Positions 17,612 to 24,837 of a DNA stretch of 24,837 nt are shown here, one piece after another. Position numbers and translations under genes: made by a program. The stretch lies in assembly GCA_047611865.1 (NCBI GenBank), contig JBLFWS010000033.1, positions 1 through 24,837 of the forward strand, written 5' to 3'. The notes beneath the pieces were generated by a model. The model made no database searches and was not told the origin of the DNA. It saw nothing but the letters and a program-made list of their open reading frames with translations. Positions within the stretch are counted from its first letter, which is position 1; every line of letters begins with the position of its first letter. The DNA comes from Chlamydiales bacterium (GTDB lineage: Bacteria; Chlamydiota; Chlamydiia; Chlamydiales; JBDQID01).

Positions 17612-19051
17612 ATGACTAAAAATTACCAATCCCCCCTTGGCATCCGCTATGCCAGCGAGGAAATGAGCGCTCTTTTTTCTTCTCAAAACAAGCATGCTAC
17701 CTGGAGGCGTATGTGGATTGCTCTGGCACAAGCTGAAATGGAGCTAGGACTGCCTATAACAGAGGAACAAATTGCTGAACTCACCGAGAACGTTGACAAT
17801 ATAGACTTTGACAAAGCCAATGAGTATGAAAAGCAGCTCAAACATGATGTGATGGCCCATATCCATGCATATGGAGATCAGTGCCCCAAAGCCCGTCCTA
17901 TCATCCATCTGGGAGCGACCTCTTGCCTGATTACCGACAATAGCGACGTTATTATCCTCCGTGATGCTTTACACATCCTCCAAAAAAAACTTGTCACTGT
18001 AATAAAAAAGCTCTCAGATACAGCCAAAAAATATCAGAACCTTCCTTGCTTGAGCTTTACACACTTTCAGACAGCCCAACCCACAACAGTGGGAAAAAGA
18101 ATGTGTCTTTGGCTTCAGGATTTTCTGTTGGATTTAGAAGATCTTGAATTTCGCCTTAAAAAACTGCGCCTCTTAGGAATAAAAGGAGCTACGGGCACTC
18201 AGGCCTCCTTTTTAAATTTATTCGAAGGAGACCATGAAAAGGTTCGAAAACTTGAGGCTATAATTTGCCAACGCCTGGGTTTTGAAAAGCCCTTCCCTGT
18301 TACTGGACAGACTTATTCCAGAAAGCAAGACGTACAAATTCTTCAAGTCCTCTCCGGCATTGCCACGACTGCTCACAAAATGGCAACAGACCTTCGCCTT
18401 CTGGCTCACATGAAAGAAATCGAAGAGCCTTTTTCCGAAAAGCAAATTGGTTCTTCTGCTATGCCCTACAAGCGCAACCCCATGCAAAGTGAACGCATCT
18501 GCTCTATTGCCCGCTTTGTCATCTCCCTATCAGAAAACCCCACCTACACCGCTGCCACACAATGGTTCGAGAGAACACTCGACGATTCTGCCAACAGGCG
18601 CTTGTGCATTCCCGAATCCTTCCTCGCTGTAGATTCTATTCTCCGCCTTCTCATAAATATTTCCGGAGATATGGTCGTATACCCCAAAGTAATTGAGAAA
18701 AATTTAAAAAATGAGATGCCCTTTCTTGCCACGGAAAACATCCTCATGGAAAGTGTCAGAAAAGGTGCCGATCGCCAGAACATACACGAATTAATTCGTC
18801 AGCACAGCATAACCGTTGGCAAAAGAATAAAAGAAGAAGGCCTCGATAACGATCTTATAGCCCGAATTGCCGAAGATAAAAACATCCCGCTAAGTGAAGA
18901 AGAGCTGGATAATTGTCTGGAAGCTCGCCGCTACATTGGTAGAGCACCTGAGCAGGTAGAAGAATTCATGCTTAATGAAATTGCCGACGTAATGGAAAGA
19001 TACAGGGAAGTCGATATAGAAAAAGAAGCACTCGTGACGATCAACAATTAA
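17612..19051 (+). CDS. purB: Adenylosuccinate lyase (long, ADSL-like subtype)
   Basis: YQSPLGIRYAS, KHDVMAH, IHLGATS, FTHFQTAQPTTVGKR, KGATGT, GSSAMPYKRNP, QWFERTLDDSANRR; GAGGT RBS. Confidence 0.97.
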   Translation: MTKNYQSPLGIRYASEEMSALFSSQNKHATWRRMWIALAQAEMELGLPITEEQIAELTENVDNIDFDKANEYEKQLKHDVMAHIHAYGDQCPKARPIIHLGATSCLITDNSDVIILRDALHILQKKLVTVIKKLSDTAKKYQNLPCLSFTHFQTAQPTTVGKRMCLWLQDFLLDLEDLEFRLKKLRLLGIKGATGTQASFLNLFEGDHEKVRKLEAIICQRLGFEKPFPVTGQTYSRKQDVQILQVLSGIATTAHKMATDLRLLAHMKEIEEPFSEKQIGSSAMPYKRNPMQSERICSIARFVISLSENPTYTAATQWFERTLDDSANRRLCIPESFLAVDSILRLLINISGDMVVYPKVIEKNLKNEMPFLATENILMESVRKGADRQNIHELIRQHSITVGKRIKEEGLDNDLIARIAEDKNIPLSEEELDNCLEARRYIGRAPEQVEEFMLNEIADVMERYREVDIEKEALVTINN

Positions 19052-19065
19052 CTACTTACATATAA

Positions 19066-19944
19066 GTGATTTACATGGGAGATAGAAATATACAGCTACT
19101 TAAAATTTCGTTCTGCTTTAATGTTCTTTTGACCTCCCTTAGTCTTTGTGCAGCAGATATCGTAAGTAGCGATGAAAACTATATCGGTTCAATCAAAATC
19201 TATAATACGGGTATTAAAGAAGATCCTGTTTCCGGAGGAAAGATCGGAAAGGGTGTACAGTCGCTAAATTCGAGCTACTGGATTAAAGATTTGGGGTGCT
19301 TTATAGCAAAAAACCTCCCCATACTAAAACATCACCTCCACTATGCTTACAAAGCAGCTCAGGAGGAAAAAGGCATCGATTCCACCTATTTCTGCAACCA
19401 GGCCAATCAACTGTTTTGCAAAGCCGAAAACGAAGGCTTACAAAGTAAAAAAGCTCGCGATTGTTTTATGATGGCATCATGGCTCGCTATGGCTGCAGCT
19501 GAAGTAGATGACTACAATTACAGCAAATACAGTAAAGAGGAAAGAGAGGTAAACAAGGAAGCCTTCTACCAATGTTATTTTAGTGCCGTCGACTACCCCG
19601 AAAACGAATTCCCTGCTGAAAAAATGATGGGGATATTCTTTGCCCCTCCTTCACGCATTGATATGATTCCACATGTAGCTCTTGAGAGGCTAGGACTGCA
19701 CAATGAACTCTGTGCCATAAAATTCGCAGACCCCACACATTGGAAACGCGAGGGGTTTCCCATCAGCAAAAGAATCTCAAGTTTGAAACGACATTTTGAT
19801 GCTGTCCATGCAAAAAAAAGCGACGAAGATCATGTAGCTCACCTCATCTGGAATTTTATGGCCATATACCATGTTCTCACGGTTCATCCAGAACTCAATG
19901 ATCTGACAAATTACGAAGTCTTAAGGACCCTGCCAAAGGTATAG
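19066..19944 (+). CDS. Hypothetical protein with possible signal peptide
   Basis: 292-aa ORF starting 14 nt after purB; N-terminal hydrophobic stretch (ISFCFNVLLTSLSLCA-AD); no family recognised; start may be ATG 19075. Confidence 0.65.
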   Translation: MIYMGDRNIQLLKISFCFNVLLTSLSLCAADIVSSDENYIGSIKIYNTGIKEDPVSGGKIGKGVQSLNSSYWIKDLGCFIAKNLPILKHHLHYAYKAAQEEKGIDSTYFCNQANQLFCKAENEGLQSKKARDCFMMASWLAMAAAEVDDYNYSKYSKEEREVNKEAFYQCYFSAVDYPENEFPAEKMMGIFFAPPSRIDMIPHVALERLGLHNELCAIKFADPTHWKREGFPISKRISSLKRHFDAVHAKKSDEDHVAHLIWNFMAIYHVLTVHPELNDLTNYEVLRTLPKV

Positions 19945-19982
19945 TGAAAGTAGACTACAAGATTCCGAAATAAACTTTAAAG

Positions 19983-21863
19983 CTACGCTACGTTTTCAAG
20001 CAAATGTTCCAAACGCTTGGTTTCTTCCTTCAGGTGAAGAAATTTCCGCAAGGTCAGTGGAGTGTAAGTTATCCCATTCCAAAGAATGTCATGCCCTCTC
20101 GCTCCCATAGCCCCCATCATTATTTTCAATAGGAAAGGAGTGTTCAGAGTCGTAGACATACAAACTCGGTAAAAACGATTCCTTGTAAGGCTCTTAAAGG
20201 TATGCTGTGAAGGTAGAAATATACCCGCGGCAGAAGCCACTCTTACCACAAAGACCGTGCAGCTCTCCTCAAGGGCCTGAAAGGTCGGAGGAGCATCGCC
20301 CTTACTTTCCGCAACAGCATTTAGCCGTTCTTTTTTGATCACTGCCATTGCCTTATAAGCATCTTCTTTCGATATCCTGTCTTCAAAAGAAGAAATCCCA
20401 CGTTCTGGCATGGTTACATTTGAATCAAAATAATGAAGTTCCGTAGCAAAGCGTTTAAGGGGTTGATTAAACTCGAAAGGATAAGCGAATTTCCCAAAAG
20501 GATAACGAGCAACCTTTACTTTACCTTCTGGCACACCACTTTGATTTTCTACTGGTAGGCTCATAACAAGAAAGGAGTGAGTCCCTTTTATCTGGGCACC
20601 ATCTACTGTATGTGTTGTTACGTGACGAATTCGGCATCCCTCATCATTCTCATCTTCAAGGTCAAGGGTAGCCGTTTCATAAAGTGGGAGTCCCTCCCAC
20701 CATTTTTCCGCTTCGAAATTCACTCCTTGCCACTCCCCATTAGGCAAACGAGTTTCCCACGTACGCGGATTCCATGGTATTAAGCCATTTTCCGGGGAGA
20801 AGGAGTAGCCATTTTCACAATTCTCTCGACTTTTCGGTGAGACCATCGGCCAGTTGTCTCCTTTTTCGTTTAAGCCCAGTGTCCACCATCCCATTAGGTT
20901 TTTGAATGTTCCATCATCATAACCTGGAAGGGTACGGACGGCTCTTTTTCTTCCCTCAAAAAGTATCTCCGGAAATCCTGACGCCCCCACTTCTATGCGT
21001 TCTGAAGTAATTGTCAGACTTTTGCTTAGGCTTTCTGCCTTTTTCAAAAAAAAGGATTCCTGTGGAAAGCGGAGAAAAACATCCAAGGGAAGTTGTGCCG
21101 TAATCACCTGTTTTTTAAACAGAGTTTGGATATTTTTATCATCGAGCAATAGCGAAGCATATTCGGGGAACTCCTGAAAGATTTTGTCTGCACAGGCTTG
21201 TGCTCTTAAAGCGACTTCCGCTAAATCTTTTTCTAGAATACTTTCTTGGGGTCCCAGGATATTTTCTACTTCAGCCTTTACTGTTCTATACCTCGCAACC
21301 GTTTGCTCTAGTACTACCCTGTCATTATTATCTCTTGGTAGACCATCTATAATGGTTTCAATATTATACAATTCTCTTTCGTCAAGATCCGGCCTCAAAG
21401 TGGGTCTTAGAGTATCCTTAAACCATACTTGACATCTCTTTTCCAGTTCACTCTTGGTAGAGGGATCAAGAGAAGTACTTTCTGAGGGAGTAAAAACACC
21501 CTTCAAGCTCTGTAGGTGAAGTCTCATGCTTGATTGCTTGAAAAGAAAGCGCTGGTAACTCTTTTTATCCTGAGCTCTTAAGCAAATGCAAGAGCGCCCC
21601 TTAGTTTTTTCCAGAAATTCATCTGATTCGCAAAAGAGTTTTTTAATATCCTCTTCCTGACTTGCTGTTATACTTAAAGTCTCAGTCCCTGGACGTAACA
21701 CCTCTAAGTCTCCAAGTTTTTTTAGAAACACATTCGTCGCTTTCTGGTCTGCTGCAGTCGAGAAATAGCTAGAAACAGTATTACTTACCCGGCTGATAGC
21801 CGAGGATATCATCGCAGTTCCTGGAAAAGCATAAGATGAGGAATCATTGGTTTGAACTGTCAT
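19983..21863 (-). CDS. Hypothetical protein with possible C-terminal permuted papain-like domain
   Basis: 626-aa ORF with AAGGAGAG RBS and its own promoter-like site; Ser-rich N-terminus; GTHSFL (His429) and FQALEESCTVF (Cys535). Confidence 0.75.
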   Translation of the reverse strand: MTVQTNDSSSYAFPGTAMISSAISRVSNTVSSYFSTAADQKATNVFLKKLGDLEVLRPGTETLSITASQEEDIKKLFCESDEFLEKTKGRSCICLRAQDKKSYQRFLFKQSSMRLHLQSLKGVFTPSESTSLDPSTKSELEKRCQVWFKDTLRPTLRPDLDERELYNIETIIDGLPRDNNDRVVLEQTVARYRTVKAEVENILGPQESILEKDLAEVALRAQACADKIFQEFPEYASLLLDDKNIQTLFKKQVITAQLPLDVFLRFPQESFFLKKAESLSKSLTITSERIEVGASGFPEILFEGRKRAVRTLPGYDDGTFKNLMGWWTLGLNEKGDNWPMVSPKSRENCENGYSFSPENGLIPWNPRTWETRLPNGEWQGVNFEAEKWWEGLPLYETATLDLEDENDEGCRIRHVTTHTVDGAQIKGTHSFLVMSLPVENQSGVPEGKVKVARYPFGKFAYPFEFNQPLKRFATELHYFDSNVTMPERGISSFEDRISKEDAYKAMAVIKKERLNAVAESKGDAPPTFQALEESCTVFVVRVASAAGIFLPSQHTFKSLTRNRFYRVCMSTTLNTPFLLKIMMGAMGARGHDILWNGITYTPLTLRKFLHLKEETKRLEHLLENVA

Positions 21864-21902
21864 AGCATCTCTCCTTAGACTCTTTTATGTAAGCTGTGCA
21901 GA

Positions 21903-21931
21903 ATCGTAACTTTTAAAAAAATATTTTACAA
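21903..21931 (-). promoter_or_regulatory. sigma70-type promoter for the 626-aa gene
   Basis: Minus strand TTGTAA-N17-TACGAT, ending 39 nt upstream of the ATG. Confidence 0.6.
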
Positions 21932-21941
21932 TAGACGTGGT

Positions 21942-21970
21942 GAGAGCGATGAAATTCATTCATCGCCCCC
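21942..21970 (-). terminator. Hairpin downstream of purA
   Basis: Perfect 8-bp stem GCGATGAA / TTCATCGC (21946-21966), extendable to 12 bp with G-U pairs on the minus strand; 14 nt past the purA stop; no immediate U-tract. Confidence 0.55.
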
Positions 21971-21984
21971 AAATGAAACCTGGA

Positions 21985-23340
21985 TTAACAGGAAATCGGC
22001 CAATCTGAATCGAGCACGATTGTCTGATCCCGAGCAGGACCTACAGAAATCAAAGCAACAGGAACCTCGCAAAGTTCAGCAATCTTCTGAACATACAAGC
22101 GAGCATTTTCCGGAAGGTCTTCATAGTTTTTAACGTTTTCTGTTGAAGTCATCCACCCATCTATTTCTTCATAAACCGGTGTCACGTCATCAAGGCTTGT
22201 AGCCATTCCTGGAACGTACTTATAAGTTTCCCCACGATAAAGATATTCGGTACAGATCTTTATTTTGGGTAGGGTATCTAAAATATCGAGTTTCATCAAA
22301 GCAAGGGAATCCGCTCCATTCATCTTCAAAGAAGACCTGGTTAAAACTCCATCAAACCAACCCACTCTTCTTACTCTTCCGGTAGTCGTTCCTACTTCCC
22401 TTCCTTTTTTTACATCGAAGAACATCTGATCTTCAGGAAGTTCTGTAGGCATAGGGCCTCTTCCGACTCTAGTAATATAAGCTTTTACAACAGCCAGGGT
22501 ATGCTTGATACGAGTAGGTCCAACTCCTGAACCTGTACAAATCCCTCCAGACAATGTGCAGGAAGATGTCACATAAGGGACAGTTCCGTATGTATTGTCG
22601 AGTAATGCACCTTGTGCCCCCTCAAACAAAACAGCTTTACCATTAGAGATATCGTCATTGATTTGCCACTCGACATCACCTGAAACAAAGGACCTAAGTT
22701 CTTCAGCGTAGGCACGGTATTCCGCATGGATTTCTTCAAAATCCATAGGCTCTTCACCGTACAGTTTTGTATGCCTTTCGTTGATAAGCTTAAGGTGTCT
22801 TGACAAGAGATCTCTGAAATGATCAGCATCCATAAGGTCGTTAATGCGAATACCTACCCGGTGGGCCTTATCTGCGTAACACGGACCGATCCCCCGTTTC
22901 GTCGTTCCAACGATATCCTTCCCCTTCCTATCTTCTATTAGAACGTCTTCGTGTCTATGATAAGGCATAATCACATTCGCATAAGGCGAGATCCATAACC
23001 TCCCACGAACTGTAATACCTCTTTTTTCTAGACCATGAATCTCCTCGAGTAAGACTCCGGGGTCAACCACGACTCCACCACCGAGGTAACATTGGCAATG
23101 CCCCTGTAAGATTCCCGACGGAACAAGGTGAAGCTTGTATTCTTCATCCCCTATGATCACTGTATGGCCTGCGTTGTTTCCCCCTTGAGAGCGGACAATC
23201 GTGTCAGCACCCTTGGCAAGAAAATCAATAACTTTTCCTTTTCCTTCATCACCCCACTGTGCACCAATTACGATCATACTTACGCAATTTTGAGAATGGG
23301 ACTGCTTTGGGTGAGCCGCTGTCATCAGAGGCATATTCAT
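21985..23340 (-). CDS. purA: Adenylosuccinate synthetase
   Basis: GAQWGDEGKGK, QGGNNAGHTV, LHLVPSG, GTTKRGIGP, FEGAQG, PYVTSS, GTTTGRVRRVGWFD, KLDILD, SVGP; AGGAGAG RBS. Confidence 0.97.
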   Translation of the reverse strand: MNMPLMTAAHPKQSHSQNCVSMIVIGAQWGDEGKGKVIDFLAKGADTIVRSQGGNNAGHTVIIGDEEYKLHLVPSGILQGHCQCYLGGGVVVDPGVLLEEIHGLEKRGITVRGRLWISPYANVIMPYHRHEDVLIEDRKGKDIVGTTKRGIGPCYADKAHRVGIRINDLMDADHFRDLLSRHLKLINERHTKLYGEEPMDFEEIHAEYRAYAEELRSFVSGDVEWQINDDISNGKAVLFEGAQGALLDNTYGTVPYVTSSCTLSGGICTGSGVGPTRIKHTLAVVKAYITRVGRGPMPTELPEDQMFFDVKKGREVGTTTGRVRRVGWFDGVLTRSSLKMNGADSLALMKLDILDTLPKIKICTEYLYRGETYKYVPGMATSLDDVTPVYEEIDGWMTSTENVKNYEDLPENARLYVQKIAELCEVPVALISVGPARDQTIVLDSDWPISC

Positions 23341-23468
23341 AAATCTCTCCTGAATATGAGATTGAAAATCGTTGGTATTTGTTAAAAAACTTCTCGAACA
23401 CCGCTTGAGGATACTATTCGATCATCAGATTCCTAACCAGAAAAAACCCTGACAAAAGGCAGCAAATA

Positions 23469-23497
23469 TTGCAGCGTATTCCCAAAACCATTAGAGT
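23469..23497 (+). promoter_or_regulatory. sigma70-type promoter for guaB
   Basis: TTGCAG-N17-TAGAGT, ending 72 nt upstream of ATG 23570. Confidence 0.5.
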
Positions 23498-23569
23498 ATC
23501 CCTAACCTTAAAATCCCCTTATCTTTTAGAGCATTAAACCAGCTCTTCGTAAACCTCAGGAGGTCTTAC

Positions 23570-24837
23570 ATGAAAAATACGGTAATTACTCCCGGCGAAA
23601 CCGCTCATACCCAAAAAAATGAATTCAATGAGCTTTCCGCTATATCCGATGGCCTCTCTGGCGAAGAGCTTTTCACCAGAGGTGTCAGCTACAGCTATGA
23701 TGATTTTATCATTCTTCCCGGGCATATTGATTTTACTGTCGACGATGTATCCATAGAAACAAATTTTTCTCGAAATATTCGCTTAAAGACCCCTTTTGTC
23801 AGTTCTCCTATGGACACCGTAACAGAAACCCAGATGGCTATCTCCATGGCTCTTATGGGAGGAATAGGAATCCTTCACTATAATAACTCCATTGAAGAGC
23901 AAGTGAAGATGGTCCGCACCGTTAAACGCTTTAAAAATGGTTTTATCCTCAATCCGATCGTCCTCTCCCCTTCACATTGCCTAAGAGATTTAGATGAAGT
24001 AAAAAGAAAGCACGGTTTTTCCGGCATCCCCATCACCGAGGACGGCCATCTCGGAAGTAAGCTCGTGGGAATCATAACGAAAACAGATGTGGACTTCGAA
24101 GAAAACCGTGACCTGCCCGTTTCCAACTTCATGACTACTAAAATCTCCGTCGCCTCCCAGTCTACCACACTAACAGAGGCCTACAAGTTGTTGAAAAGCA
24201 GCAAGAAATCTCTCCTCCCCATTGTCAATGATGCCCATGAGCTTGTGGCTCTCATCTCACGAAAAGACTTAAAGACCAACAAAGGCTTTCCCCTCGCCTC
24301 ATTGAATCCCAACACCCGCCAACTCCTTGTAGGAGCAGCCGTAGGGACCAGAGAAATTGACAAAGAGCGTGTAGATGCCTTAGTTGAAGCAGGTGTTGAC
24401 GCCATTGTTATAGACTCTTCCCAGGGTGATTCTACCTTCCAATACCAGATGATTGACCATATTAAAAAACACCACCCCACCATTGATGTTATCGGTGGCA
24501 ATGTCGTCTCTGTTTCTCAGGCCTTGCATCTCATCGAAGCTGGAGTTGACGGTTTACGAGTAGGCATGGGTGTGGGTTCCATTTGTATCACTCAAGAAGT
24601 TATGGCTGTGGGTAGAGCTCAGGCTACCGCCGTCTATCAGGTTGCCAAATATGCCCGCCAGCGAGGAATCCCTGTCATCGCTGACGGTGGCTTACGCAAT
24701 CCAGGAAATCTCAACAAAGCCCTCTCTTTAGGAGCAAACACTGTAATGATGGGGTCTATGTTAGCCGGAACTGTCGAGACGCCTGGTGAATATTATTACA
24801 GTGATGGCCAAAGAGTGAAACGCTATAGAGGGATGGG
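23570..24837 (+). CDS. guaB: IMP dehydrogenase, eukaryote-type, with CBS pair (3' end beyond the window)
   Basis: Not in the ORF track; hand-translated and open to the window end: [78 protein letters not shown] (Cys339)..ADGG..YRGMG; AGGAGGT RBS at 23558-23564. Confidence 0.96.
   Translation, partial: MKNTVITPGETAHTQKNEFNELSAISDGLSGEELFTRGVSYSYDDFIILPGHIDFTVDDVSIETNFSRNIRLKTPFVSSPMDTVTETQMAISMALMGGIGILHYNNSIEEQVKMVRTVKRFKNGFILNPIVLSPSHCLRDLDEVKRKHGFSGIPITEDGHLGSKLVGIITKTDVDFEENRDLPVSNFMTTKISVASQSTTLTEAYKLLKSSKKSLLPIVNDAHELVALISRKDLKTNKGFPLASLNPNTRQLLVGAAVGTREIDKERVDALVEAGVDAIVIDSSQGDSTFQYQMIDHIKKHHPTIDVIGGNVVSVSQALHLIEAGVDGLRVGMGVGSICITQEVMAVGRAQATAVYQVAKYARQRGIPVIADGGLRNPGNLNKALSLGANTVMMGSMLAGTVETPGEYYYSDGQRVKRYRGM

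Noticed and set aside
3..24501. Many short ORFs (60-145 aa) overlapping the main genes, e.g. 10950..11384, 3757..4155, 1489..1800, 24181..24501
   Set aside because: They lie antisense or out of frame within well-supported genes and show no recognisable motifs
1..24837. CRISPR arrays, tRNA/rRNA, IS elements, integrases
   Set aside because: No spaced repeats, structured RNA signatures, transposase or integrase ORFs; intergenic gaps are all under ~350 bp

Overview
Bacterial chromosomal window dominated by a complete de novo purine pathway. A tightly coupled minus-strand operon purM-purL-purQ-purH-purC/E-purD-purN-purF (13129 to 1909) is followed further right by purB, purA and a divergent guaB that runs off the right end and is missing from the ORF track. 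Between these lie bioB, a three-gene signalling block (GAF-adenylate cyclase, stand-alone receiver, membrane HAMP-PAS histidine kinase) and three unknown ORFs, one with a permuted papain-like His/Cys motif. The most notable points are a clearly eukaryote-type IMPDH, a PurC-class II PurE fusion with no purK, a PurS-like-fused PurL with no purS, and a cAMP/two-component module inside the purine cluster. The unknown ORFs resemble proteins of host-associated bacteria such as Chlamydiota, but that is inference only. No RNA genes, mobile elements or CRISPR arrays were seen.
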